A stretch of DNA of 64,000 bases from Syncephalis fuscata S228 (Eukaryota > Fungi > Zoopagomycota). A program made the translations under genes and the position numbers. Below are positions 38,239 to 52,110 of this stretch, piece after piece (within the stretch, counting starts at the first letter, position 1; each line of letters starts with the position of its first letter). The stretch spans positions 1-64,000 of the forward strand of contig JAHLTZ010000044.1 of the NCBI GenBank assembly GCA_025786725.1, read 5' to 3'. The notes beneath the pieces were generated by a model. The model saw nothing but the letters and a program-made list of their open reading frames with translations. It was not told the DNA's origin and searched no databases.

Positions 38239-38246
38239 TATTTATA
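38239..38246 (-). promoter_or_regulatory. TATA box of the micro-exon gene
   Basis: TATAAATA on the minus strand ~137 bp upstream of ATG 38102, followed by a pyrimidine/CA-rich leader. Confidence 0.5.
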
Positions 38247-38442
38247 CTTATGGTTATGCTGAGATGCTAGTATAATGTAGTATACGAGATATATCATTGA
38301 TGTGTAATATGAACCAATAAAACAATCCAAACAGTGGCCTGAGGCCCGCGTGTATCAATAAATTCATGGCATGATATCATACTCTCAGCCTTTAATTCAG
38401 TCTTCTCGGCATTTACATAGATAACGCGGTAATTCCAATGAA

Positions 38443-39092
38443 CAGTAAATATGCAATAGATACATGTACATTATCCTGTATTTTTATTACATTAACTATT
38501 TGGTGAAAACAAGTATACTATTTGGTTTTGTAAAAACAGCAATGCTGACTTTTCTGCTGCTCCCACTGAATGACTCGGGCCCCGATATTTGCATGCATGC
38601 AAATAGCGTACAACCTGCCCGGCCTTTACTTCAATCTGCCAGTTATTTGCACAAATGATGTAGCAATGATAATAATTCAGTAAATATGCGATAGAGACAT
38701 GTACAGCATCCTGTATTTTTGTTACACGGCCTAGCTATCTGGTGAAAACAAGTATATTGTTTGATTTTGTAAAAACGATAATAATGTCTTTGCTGTCACT
38801 TCCACCGAATGACTCGGACCCCAATATTTGCATGCATACAAAATAACACATAACCTGCCCGGTCTTTACTTCAATTTGCTAATCATTTACACGAATAATA
38901 CGATAATGATAATAATCCAGTACACAGGCAATAAAAATAGACATATTAGCCTGTATTTTCTATTACGCGATCTAACTATTTGGTAAAAACAAGTATATTG
39001 CTTGGTTTTTTAAAAACAATAATGATGTTTTTATTGTCACTTCCATCGAATGACTCGGGTCCCAATATCCGCATAAATACAAATAGCGTACA
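38443..39092. repeat. Three tandem ~240-bp units upstream of the micro-exon gene
   Basis: GAATGACTCGG recurs at ~38568, 38807 and 39048; GAAAACAAGTATA-like and other blocks repeat with the same period. The third unit is partial. Confidence 0.85.
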
Positions 39093-40158
39093 ATATTGAC
39101 GCAAAAACAAGTTTATTGTATCAAACTGGTATTTTATACAGGTTTTTACTGCCATACATAAGCCACTTATAACCCCTTAAATTATAAAGTGTGTTAATTG
39201 GTACATGTATGCATATCATTCGACAATATGCCCATTGCTATGGGGCAATCACTGCTTTGAATTCACAAATACATCACATCGAGGCATATCATGCCACATG
39301 CTGTGCAACTGCCATCATTCAAATGACGGCTAATCCAAATTACCTGAAATCGACTATACAATAAGTACTGTTTGTAGCATGATGCATTATGACATTTTGA
39401 GCAATGGAACATTTCATTCAACTAATGATGTTATTCGTTTTTGTCTGTAAAGTAGATTGAATCGGCTAGGTTACACGTAATACAATATGTAGACACTAGA
39501 CTAGACACAATAGAAAATTTTAGCCAAATATCACCAATTTCGAGTGCATAATGTCAATGGATTGCATATCAACCGGTAATCATCCAAGGCATAACTGCTG
39601 CTTACATCTTTGAAACCACTTCTGGCAAGTCAAGCAAGATGGAATATAGAAAAACAAGTAAAAGCAGAAACCAATGGAAAAACAATTGGCAGCTCAAAGG
39701 CTTACTAATTTGACATATAGCAAATCATTATAGTTGTGCTAAGTTGGATTGTGTTTATCAAAAATTGGCTGTTGCTGATGCGGCCAGAACAGCAGCAATG
39801 TTAAACCGAGATAACGCACAGAAAACAGAGATATGTAAATAAAATTGAATCAATGGCTTTTAGTAGTCAAATAACTTATTATTGTCACTATACTTTATAA
39901 TTCTAATTGTTTGTACGAATAAATATTTACAATCGCATTGTAACTTCTTATATACTCACATTTATACAACCACCAACTAAGCCAATTATTGTAAGACTTA
40001 ATCTAATTATTTATTAAAGTAAACAGCTAGTATTATACACTATTGCAATAATAATAAAAACATTTTTTATTTATTGTCCATTAATAAAAATTGTATAGCT
40101 ATATATTAAATAAAACAAAATAACAAATTGAGCGCGTAATATTTATATAATCAAGCCA

Positions 40159-40802
40159 TTTTTATTTACTCATTTTGCCATCTTTTCTTATTACTATATT
40201 ATTGTTCTATTCAGCAATATATTATGTTATAATGCCAAATATAACAATATAAATGACATGTGTATTTGAACATCAATAAAAAACACTATTCAATCTCTAG
40301 TCTTTATTTTTCTTATTTTACATTAACACGTGTTCAAGTAACCTCAACGGCATGCCGTATATTCTGGTTACAGTTTTCGCCACAATATCTTCCTGGTGAA
40401 TACACTTAGCCTATCATTATTGCATATGGTGGAAGCCGATTTGCTTCATCAATGGTTGGCAAAGCATCTGCATATACCAAGTTGATACCAGCAATGCTCA
40501 AGAAAATGGTGAACATCAGAAATGCTAGTCGTCTTACCTTTTTTGTCGCCATAGACGCGTATCTTACATTGTAAACATGCCCAAGATGCAACAATAAAAG
40601 ATTGGAAAATAGAATAAACAATTTAAGTTCAACAAGCCATGCTGTACGTAGATGCAATAACGACAATGACTGAGAAACGACATGGAATCGCAATCGTATG
40701 GTTTCTATTAATATTCGATCAATCTTTCTACACATGGGCAACAATAACAATTAGCTTTGTGAATTTTAAAGAAGTCAAATAGTATGTTATATTCTTTATT
40801 TA
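40159..40802. repeat. ~640-bp segmental duplication, copy 2 (short signal-peptide ORF 40552-40406 minus)
   Basis: Direct repeat of 32291-32929. Confidence 0.85.
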
Positions 40803-42334
40803 TCATCGTATATTGATTATCCATTATTCATATATTCAGTATATACTCATATCGTTAAAAATGTATGTTTATACTATTGTATATTATTTTATGCTATATT
40901 GTATAAATTATATTGTTATGTGTTTAATTACGTATAGCTTGCTAAATAAATGAGGAGAACGAGTTGAAATTTATTAATAATAGCGTTAGGACAAAATAAA
41001 ACCAGTTTTGGATAGAGAAAGATTAGGCGAATATAAAATGATATATAAATGATAAATGTACAGTGAGAAAACACATAAAGTAATGTTAAATTTATAGTGT
41101 ATATAATGCAACGAGTAGAGTGAGTGAAGTGTATTGAAATATATAAACAATAAAATGTATTTGATATGTTATAAAATGATATATAGTAGTGTGGCACAGA
41201 ATGGAAATGATATAGGTGAATAGAGAATATATGTATACTGAATAATACATTTATGATAATGAGTATTTTGGGCCCTGATGTGAATTATTCCCAGTTTCAT
41301 TTTCAATAAAAAGAAAGTTTAATTTAATGTGTAAATATTATTAAATGTAATTATTTAAGCATCAAATTATATTAAATAATTAATAAACCGTTTAATGTTT
41401 GCAAGAAAATGGTTTTATTTATTTATTCAGTAAATGGGAGAGATATACAAGCCATAAATCAAATAGTATTGCACATAAAAAGACTATGAATAAATTGAAA
41501 TACAAATGAGAGAGCTGCTCAAGTAGTGGAATAAAACAAAGAATAAAAAGCAATCGTATAAAAGCAGATATATTTATAGAATATGCCATTAATAAATGAA
41601 TAAGTGTAACAAGAAGAATAGATAGCAAACAATAAAGATGAGTAAATATAAAATATTATTATCAGTAAAACAATGACAACAGTGACAAAAAGGATATTAC
41701 GAATAGATTAATATATAAATATTACTACAGTATAGTGCTTTTAAGTCAATATACGTAAAATGCGACACGTTAATACATTCAGAAAGCAAAGTAATGGATA
41801 TTAGCTATATAAATAGATTACATCCATTTTAATAAGTCTGGAATTATTACAACTGTGCGCACACACTATTCGGTCTTTTAAAAAATCTACAATTTATTTT
41901 TTATTCAAAATTACTCGTTTATCGTATTAAAATGCTATTTCAATGCCTTTTATTATTAATGATATTGAAAGTTTCTATTTGGTTGAAGTGGAGTTTAGGC
42001 CTCATAACTTTTATTTCAAAAAATAAGGGCTCAAAATAAAATAGTTCAGAAACGCTGATTAATGCAGATACAAGTGGCAACATCGGTATTCACTGATTCA
42101 GCAAAATACAGCAAAGGCAAAACAATATGTTCACGCGAATAGTGGATTATAAAACCAATTAATGATACAACACAGTGCTTATTAACAATTTTTTCAATGT
42201 CAATCAACATAGAATATCACTCAATCACATTTAAATGATCAATGTATCTTATGATGCATTTAATAAAATAAATACTATAAATTTCTTAATAATACCAACA
42301 AATGTATAAACAGTTTAATTTAAAAATAAGCTAC

Positions 42335-43470
42335 CTATAGTTTTCTTCCAACATAAATAGCAATCTTACAGTAAAAACGACAATTATTAGCCTCGTTATG
42401 AAGATTATCATAGGCTGCATCGACATCTTCGATAGTCTCATTAAAATTATCGACAAACTTGCTACGCATTGATGATGTACCGTCTATATAATTTTGCATA
42501 GCCAGTTCGCCTAATCGACCATACCAACTACCTATTGGCAATTGATAGTATCGCACTTCTTCTAATCGCAGCCCGGCATCTTGCATCACCTCAGGGATAT
42601 CCCATACAGCACCAAGATCTACTTTACCCAGTGCACAAAGCTTTTTGATCCAAGTGCCGATTTTTATTCCTAATGGGCCCCCATTGTGAAACACTCCATC
42701 CGTCTCGCATATCTCTACTGCACCACTGGACGAGCATATTCGAGCCATATCACGAATAAGTGTTGGCCAATATGTCTTAGGAATAGCTGCGCATAAAAAT
42801 CGGCTATGTACATAGTCAAACGTGTTTGCTTCATAGCGCAAACCTTTAGATATGTTAATATTAAATTTTGTACATCAGCAATGCTTACCTTCTAATATAT
42901 TCATAATTTCAAAATTAATGTTTGGTGGCCGAATTGATTTGGGTTGGATAGGCGATATATCAATGCCAAGAACCTGGCAATCACGGAACTCGGCTGCCAT
43001 TTCCTAAATATAGCATTAGTGTAAAGTTTTAAAATGTAGCTACAACTTACCATGGCCCATGTCCCTGTCCCAGCGCCAATATCAATTATTCTACGTGGAT
43101 TATCCAAATTACACAAATGATTACTTTTGACTAATTCGTGAACTATATAATGTTGTGTATCTAGCCTAATCATACCATAATGTAAATGGTACAAACATTA
43201 ACCATTAGACGTCAACAGTGGCTGTTTAATTAGAAATCAATTTACACAAATGACGAACGTGATGTTGGTTTACCTATCAGCCTCTTCGATATCATTTGGT
43301 AAAAGATAAGGCACATTTTTCTCGTTGTGATAACGGCGACCCAGCGACATTTTAAAATTAGATGTATCGCTTTTATGATCCCCAGATCCACTACTGCTTT
43401 TATTTGAGTTGGTTGCAAAACTAAATTGCTTTTGTTTTGAAGATGGATAATTGGTTAAAAGGTTGCCCAT
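42335..43470 (-). CDS. Class I SAM-dependent methyltransferase (fungal LaeA/TdiE-like group), multi-exon
   Basis: GRRYHN..YLLPNDIEEADR|LDTQH, IIDIGAGTGTW, FDYVHSRFL, AVEICE, LPIGSW motifs joined by GT-AG introns. Confidence 0.85.
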
Positions 43471-44050
43471 CGATAGTGCTAGTTCAGTTCTATAGTAAGG
43501 CTGCTGTACTCGGTAGCTTTACTACACTTAACAAAACTATACTGCTATTCAATAGGCTTAGAACAATATGTTGAAATACAAAAATACAAGTGTTAAGACG
43601 AATAAAGGCAAACACTGCTGAGGCATGGGAGATATGCAAATGAAACACGCTTTCTTGCATATTATGCAGCCTTTGAGACTGGCTGTAACCTGAACACCCG
43701 AACTACTTCCACACATCTACTGAGGTTCACGCCGTGGCAATACACCAATCACACATTTTAAGACTTTAGTCACACTCTCCTCAGTTACGTGCTTTAGCCA
43801 TCAATTACTCTTCAAAGTATTGCGACTAAAATAACGCAATGTTCAACATTGCTATAAAACTACCAAAAGCATACTTTTATACGCTGTTGAGTAGTTAAAG
43901 CGTTTAAGCAACCACATATTTATTATTTAGTGCACAGCCATTACTAAATAGTGTGAATTACTAAATAAAGTTCATTTAAATTAATTGCTTTATTTGGTCG
44001 ATGTGTGTTGAATAAATCGATATAATATGCTTGCTGCACAGGCAGCTACT

Positions 44051-44384
44051 TTAAAAACGACGTGAAGCCAGTTGATTTGTATAGGCATCACGCAAACGAT
44101 GCGTCTCAGCCAAATTCTCGGTAAATATGCTATCCACACCCATTTTGAACATGGCTGTCACGCGTTCAGGCACTGCAGGTACCTCGGTGTTGATTTCTCG
44201 AGAGTCAGCGACTGTATACACAGAGAGACGCAGACCGCGATTATGAATCTCCAATGGAATACGAGCTGGAGCAGTAAATCCACCCATTTTGTTGATATGA
44301 TCTTCGTTGTAAGGCACTTTGTCGCTTAGCACTACCTCTTTAGCATCGGTGAAATAAAACGTGGTTGAATTTTCTTTGCGCCCC
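44051..44384 (-). pseudogene. Isolated C-terminal fragment of a glycerophosphodiester phosphodiesterase (GDPD)-like gene
   Basis: HNRGLRLSVYTV...MFKMGVDSIFTEN matches the GDPD C-terminal pattern (GLxVxxWTV...GVDGIFTD). No upstream GDPD exons are seen; an inverted repeat copy abuts it at ~44411. Confidence 0.6.
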
Positions 44385-45204
44385 TATTTCAAGTTCCTAA
44401 AGTAAAACTTATTTCAATTGCTGTTATGCATAACATAATTATATTGCTTCCTATTAAAATGCAGTTAATAAATTTATTTAAATAAAGAATGTAACATACT
44501 ATTTGATTTCTTTGAAATTCACGAAGCTAATTGTTGTTGTTGGCCATGTGTAGAAAGATTGATCGAATATTAATAGAAACCATACGATTGCGATTCCATG
44601 TCGTTTCTCAGTCATTGTTGCTGTACTAATATATACATGCTATTTACCATTTCATTTTTAACTTTTGATTTTAAATTTTATAAATCTCGATACTTGTTAA
44701 TGGAGTTAAATAAAATACACTATCATAGATTCATTATCCAGTATGTATATATACGCTATTCACATATACCATTCCTATTGTATAAATATACCGTTGTATA
44801 TCATTATTGACATTATCATGGATAAGACAGCTAACTAATCAATAAAATAGAATCAAGTGAAGGTCAATATTTTATTATAAAATGAGCAAATCACGTACAT
44901 ATGCATATTGAGTGTGTAATACAAAAATATTCTAACATATGTATGTCGAGCAACCTAAAGATATCTTTATTTGTAGAATCACTATAATGGAAATGAATAA
45001 TGCAAGAAAGGCACTTTTGTTACATTAATAATTTACTGATTTTAAATTATAATTTTTAAAAAATCATAATTAATTATGGTGATTTTATTATGTTTTAAAG
45101 AGGAGCATTTTGGTAAGATAAAATCAAATAATGGGTTATTTTTTGAAAAATTTTGTGCACACTAGTTTTAAAAAACTTTATTAGAAAAAAGCTAAAAGAA
45201 AAGA

Positions 45205-46248
45205 TTACTCAGTTAAAGCGCCACCAGTAGCTGTTGTTGTATCATCCTGGTCGGTATTGAACACTTCGTCTTCTTCATCCTCGTCATCATCCTTATCAAG
45301 CTGTCCGTCCGACTCAGCATTGGGGCAGTTGCGAGCAATGTGGCCGGTTTCATTACAGTTATAGCACGTTTTAGTGCTATCTCGGCCTGTACTTGCTGCT
45401 TCCTCGCAGTCGCGGGAAATATGGCCTAGTTGATTGCAGTTGTAGCATTTAATGCCCTCAGACTTACAGTCACGGGAAAAATGGCCGACGTCACCGCAAT
45501 TATAGCACTTGGGACCACTACGGCAATCGCGTGCCAAATGTCCATGCTTGTTACAAGAATAGCATTTAAGATCGTTTGCTTGACAATCACGAGCGAAATG
45601 ATTATATCCGTTGCATTTATAACATATAACCTTACTGCCTCCATTGCCGCCGCCGATATTACCGCCGCCATAGCCGCCTCTACGCGATACACCACCACGG
45701 TTGGTGCGACAATCGCGTGCTAAATGACCCTAAATACATCATCACTGTTAATAAATGGCTATTATTTAATGTATTATGTGTATTTACAACACGGCCGCAA
45801 GTATAGCAGCTATTTGGTGTATTACGCGGGGCACCTGATGGTGGGCTACGACGCGTCGGGCGCTTAGGCCGGCTGGTTGTAGCAGTGGGACAATCTGCAC
45901 GCAAATGACCAACTAAATAAACATTCATAGTTAAAGCTTGCGTAAGCATCTACCAGTATATATTGAGCTTATTAACCAAGCTAATCACTTACCTTCACCA
46001 CAGCCAAAGCATTGTTTGGCGTCGTTGGAGCGCGGTTCTGGACATTCGGTGGCCTCATGGCCTGACTGCTTACAATTATAGCAAAGACGTTCTACTTCCG
46101 GGCAGACATCGGCAAAATGACCAACTATTGTTCAGTAATAAAGCAATGAACATAAGCATTGCTGTTTTACTTGCTTCATCTAGCCTTGAAAAATGCTGTA
46201 CTTACCATTGCCGCACTTGAAGCAGCTCTTTGAGCGATGATACGGCAT
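45205..46248 (-). CDS. GIS2: Multi-CCHC zinc-knuckle nucleic-acid-binding protein (Gis2/Byr3/CNBP family)
   Basis: Repeated CxxCxxxGHxxxxC knuckles (CFKCG, CYNCKQSGH, CYNCGDVGHFSRDC, CYNCNETGHIARNC) across several exons, an RGG stretch and an acidic tail. Confidence 0.88.
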
Positions 46249-48859
46249 CCTATACAAATATTTTGAAACACTGGCTAGAGGACACTACGTACACGTATAT
46301 ACGTTTGTAGATCTTTAGAAGAAACACGCCGATATATTCAAACCAATACAACTCTTCCCTCAACCTCAAATACGACAGCGACTGCTGCTGCTGCTACCCT
46401 TTCAGAAAACCACGACGACAACACCTTCACGCACAACGGTGAAAGCAGTAAGGATAGTAGAAATAAAGAAGACGCTTTAAAGATATGGGGGAACTTGTTA
46501 TCTGAGCCATTGCCATCATGGCCATCACTGTCCTCGTCATACTTATAAATGGCACCCGGCACTACAGGTGAGAATGATGGCGTACAAAACAAACTGACAC
46601 CAATGAATAACCTTGCTGTCTGCCGGAGTCTAACAGTTTCTGCTACAAAACTATTATGCCGTCAATCCAATCAATGGAAAACTAAAGCACTAGGGGCCTA
46701 CCCTTGCCAAATAAACCATAAGCAGGATGATGTTATTTGTTTACATGGACACGCGTATTAAGTATATAATAGTATTAACAAGTCATCAACTCTACTACAT
46801 TTACTAGTGGCACCATTACTGTTATTATTGCAATTATTAAACCAGTCTTTTACTCAAATACCGTATTACGTTGTGTGTATTTTTGCAGCAACAGCAGTGT
46901 ATTAATTTGGTTCAAGTATTTGAAACTATTGCACTTTGACTCCCACACCTTTTATTTGTTCATTTCATCTCATTTTTTTAATACTTTCAGATATAATTAA
47001 ACATTTATTTATCGCTATTCCATGTGTATTGTAACATGTATAATAGCACATTCAACATGAATTAATTTATGTGTAATTACCAGTACAATAGTGTAGTTAA
47101 TTAATTATCTTTATTATTGCTTTAATATATACATTGGCATTGTGATATTAATTGTTCAAATGCCATTTATTTAGTCAGATTGGCTATAGTGAGAAGTGGC
47201 AATTTAATAAACAATATTTATAATAATTATATTAATCTTGATCTTACATCACAAATATGCCCAAAATACAATAGTAAAATATTAGAAAATAGAAGAAAAC
47301 ACTTAGATGCAATAATCCATGCTGTACATGGATGCAATAACAACAACAAATACAGAACGACATATAATTGCAATTATATGGCTTCTATTAATATTCGATC
47401 AATTCTTCTAGACATGGTCAGCAACAAGAATGATTGGCCTCAAATGTTTCAATGAAACCAAATAGTACGTTACATTGTTTATTTAAATATTTAATATTAT
47501 TACTGATACACTGTTCTATTACAATTAATTCTATTCTATAAAAATGATAATGTTATTACATTACATTAATATCTATTATAAATGATGATTTAAACACAAT
47601 AATCAAATCAAATCATTACGATCGATTGCGTAAAATGATTTACTGCGCTGAATAGAGGAGATCAAAGTAGATGTCAACATCACTGTCCATTCGTATACAA
47701 TATAACTTTACCATTTTATTGGCTTATAGTGATATACATAATTAAAATAAATAACAAACTGCATTGCTATGCCACTTCAATCGTGATATGTGCAATCTAT
47801 ATTACTTGTGCATAAGCAATCGTTTATTGACCGGGCTCATACTAATTATATATCAACTTTGTTGCCATATTACTGTTTTGCTGTTTAATTCGATCAATTA
47901 TTAAAAATTAATAGCTACTATTATACTAATTCTAATAGAATACTACGTAAGCCATTATGTAAACAACAATATGCTAGTAATATAACCAATAAACGACATT
48001 GTACAATCACTATACGCATACCGTTTATTCCATTTATTGTGTTTTATCCTTCTATCTTTATATCACTAAAGAAATAATGGTAGTAGTATTTATGTTATTA
48101 AATATATTTCACCATAGAGCTATTGCACTTGACCAGCAGTTGCTGCATAAAAACACTACCATTACATAATAACATGATGATCGTTTTGCTTAGTAATGAT
48201 TGATCTATCCAAAGTTTTTTATGTGCAATAATCCATATAGCCATTTGTTTTTGCATTATCTTATTAATTAATTAGATAATAATTTTTTACAAACAATAAC
48301 AAATTCATTAATGATTTAGTGTGAATCGGTGGTTGAATAACTAAACGTAATAACATTTGTGTATTTGTACTAGACATTCGTTCTATTAAATACTTTATAA
48401 TAGTAGTAATAATACAGATTAACATTATTCTTGGTATCGTTTATCTATTAATTATACACTATAACAATAAACTATAGTAGCTACCAATTTAATATTACTC
48501 ACCACTAATTACAACTATATATATTAGCACATATACTAGAATATAGTCTATATGTGATCAGATGTCCTTAAAATGCTACAACTTGTAGCACAGCATATAT
48601 CATAAGCTGTCACAATTTTAACAATTATTAATTTTAGTACTGTATACAATCTATATACTGCCAAAATCACTGTATTCTTTAGTTTGCCATAAATTTCTAT
48701 TATAGATCGTGCCAATAAAGTGTTAGCACCAATGATTGGAGTGATGAAAATAATTCGTAAAAAGATTAAAGAAGAGCAATGCAAGAACATAGTGTAAATA
48801 GTGTTTGCACTTGACTGGTAATCAATCAACTACTGGAACTATATATATATATGATATAT

Positions 48860-48940
48860 AGAGTGTACAAGTATATGCAATGGATATATACTATCAGGTG
48901 TAAAGAAAGAGAAAGGGAAATGTAATGATGTAGATTGTAT
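48860..48940. repeat. Dispersed repeat, partial copy 3
   Basis: GAGTGTACAAGTATATGCAATG...GTGTAAAGAAAGAGAAAGGGAAATG is shared with 4401-4480 and 9239-9315. Confidence 0.6.
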
Positions 48941-49358
48941 GTTGCATTGTTAATATGAGTGAATTAAATACTGATGTCAGTTGATAACAAACAACTACTC
49001 ATTATTATAAAACATGTTCAGTATTAATCAATATATCAAAGCTTAAATTAATATAATTAAAGTCGTTTGATCCTTAAACACTCATTATTATAGAACAATT
49101 AAAAGCAAAGTGATGCATTAAAGAATAAAAATTAATTAACCCCAAAAATGCTCATTATCATATGACATGGTATTAAAACTTTCTTCGTTCTTTTTTGGTA
49201 CCGTTTTACTTCAACACGCGTTTTAGAGCAACAAGCCCGTGACAAACGCGTTATCGGTTTATCGACTTATTCAAGCTCTAGCAATATCCACAGCTATATG
49301 AGCACAATTACAATCTGCAGGTTCAAGTATTGCTTGCGTATTTCACCGCTGTTTTATC

Positions 49359-51807
49359 ATGGAGGCCCTAGAACACGAGTTGGAATCAACGCCTACACCG
49401 CCACCGATTCTATTTGAGCAATTGCCACCTATGGCAACAGAAGGTACAAACAAACAAACAAACAAACAAACAAGCAAAAATTAGGCGGCATGGCAAACTA
49501 CTAATAAATATAAATTGAGATAGACGTTATAATGGCCAGTCAACTAACTATGGCACCGTCGTCAGATTCCAAACTGACTACCGGGCACTATACAGGTATT
49601 CATGTTAGCTATCTGCGTTCGTTTGCATATACGGGCAACGACCATATTCCTGATGCACTAGGTATTGAGTATTTTAAAAAAGACCATGAACATGCACTAC
49701 ATGAGATATTTACGCGAATTCAACAAGAGGTAAAGCTAATATGAATGCTATAAATAGTTGATTAAATGGCTATATTAGATGATGACATGGAATCAGGATA
49801 CGCGATGGCGTATTGATTTGTGGAGACGTCCACCATCCAGTGCCGTCAACTGCAGTGTGGACAATAATCAGCATATTAGTCATATTGAACACCAAATACA
49901 AGCGATGAATGAACAGCAAGCAAGACGTGCGGTAAGTTGAAACATAAACTAACATTAACTTATAAATGAACGAATATATGAATAAGTTAATTAATGGTTT
50001 GATTTGATGGATTATTTAGTTGGTGGAAGCAATGTTAAGAGTAAAGCAGTATGAAGTTATGACAAGTGAACAGTATAAAGAACTAGCTAAATTGGTAGAG
50101 TACATGTTAGTAGCTATTACAGCTACAGTGCTAAATAGCTATAATTAGCGACAAGAAATAGGACAGCTAACAAACGAGCAAGTTTCGCTGCAGCTTAACC
50201 AACTTTGCCAGCATTATACGCACAAGGTAAGTAGAAGAGTTATTAAAACGTTAATTGTATTGCTAATGTATAATTACAATAACAGGAACAAGAAAGGGAG
50301 CTTCAACATGCAGTAGAACTGCGTCTTAAAGCGCAAGAAGTACGCGCTTTATCCAAACGTGTAGATCTACTGAAAGCCACCATACACCAAAAGATTGAAA
50401 GCCAGCCTGAGGCTATCGAAAAACTGAAGCAGATTGAAATGGCCGCATTGGATGATAGAAAACATCATTTAAAAGAGCAGCGGGCGCTACGCCGAAAGGT
50501 ATAAGCCTTATAATATACTCTACATACAACTTATTTTTCATTTCAGCTGCGTGCCTCGGAAGGAAAAGTACACCACGCTCAAGAGTCCATTGTTAACCTG
50601 CGTGGACAACTCCTGGACTATCAAAGAACATTTGGCATGCTGCATACGCCTGTCGATGATGTAAGTATACACAAATGGCTAATCAGTTGCTCATTAATGG
50701 CGTAGAACCCACCGGATGTAGCACTTTCAGTTGCATCATCTCAGTATGATTTACCCAATACTGAAGATCGATCAGGATTGGATAATCTAGCCTCAGTAGC
50801 AGAACGTCTTATGTATTCAAGTCAAAACGATAGTCCTGAATTAACAGCATCACAATCTTTATCGCAGCATACGGACTCAATGACATCTGAATACAACGTT
50901 CATTGGGAAAAGGAAACAGACTATCCAAGTGTAGCTGCAATGGAAGAAGAGGTGGAAGTAGAGGGATTTTCAACAGAAAGTGACGATGCCTTGCCAGAGC
51001 CTGGTTCAAAGTGTAAAGAAGTAAGTAGTTGTACTGGGTAATATACCAATTAATAATCAAACGCAATGACATAAACAGACCATCACTTCACGGTCAAGAT
51101 CATTTCCAATGATGTCAAAAGCAGGCTACTATTCAACCTCAACAATATATTCACAAAATGGACCTGTTTCCCATCATACTTCCTCGTCAGATATGCTGGC
51201 ATCGACACGGCAATCATTATCACGTCCGCTAGTTAGACCATTTGCCGCTTCGATAAAAGATACGCAGCCTACTGGTTCAGTAACATTTCTACCAAGTACA
51301 TCGGCCAAACTAGCACCTGTTAGAATACCACGAAGTGCTTCTATGCAATCGTCACCACGGCCTAGAGTTGCACACGTTCGTTGGACACAGGTTGAGGACG
51401 AACTGCTTCGACGTGCAGTAGAAGAGTTTGGCGAGCTTGGTGGCTCATGGAATCTTATTGCATCAAGAGTGCCAGGTCGTGGCTCATCTCAATGCCGACA
51501 CCGATGGTTCAGAATACGTACAAGCGAGGCACAGCGTAATGCAAAAGTAGGCCGCCCACGTGCTTTAACAGCATCACAACGATTAGCTGCATCAGCTTTT
51601 GATCTTGATACTAATGAAGCATCATCGAATTCAGCGTCAGAAACGGATACGCCACCCGAAAGAGATGATCCTATTATTACCACTGCCACAACAACAACAA
51701 GACTTGATAAAAAACATAAATCAACCAAATCTATAGACGTAACAATTCATGGTGTTAATCGAAAGGTAGAAATACATACGACAACAGTTGCACAGCAAAA
51801 ACAACAA

Positions 51808-51842
<35 letters not shown>

Positions 51843-51846
51843 ATAA
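49359..51846 (+). CDS. Multi-exon protein with a coiled-coil region, one Myb/SANT domain and a poly-Q C-terminus
   Basis: Last exon contains RWTQVEDELLRRAVEEFG..SWNLIASRVPGRGSSQCRHRW. Upstream exons are inferred from GT-AG introns; the start codon is tentative. Confidence 0.7.
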
Positions 51847-52110
51847 TAATAATAGCAATAGCTATAGTAGTACATCAAGCAATGTTATTATCATAAAGTT
51901 TGATACTAGAACCAATATACTCATACTTATTTTTTGTTATTTATCTTTCTAGTTTCAAAAAGCAGTTTTTGTTTGAATGTATAGCCATTGAATCTATTAA
52001 ATAAAAATTAAATATAATTAATAATAAACTGCTGTTTAATGATTTCAATAATTATTAAATCAAAAGGATAAATAGTATTTATAATTTCACCACGTTTGAA
52101 TAAATATTAG

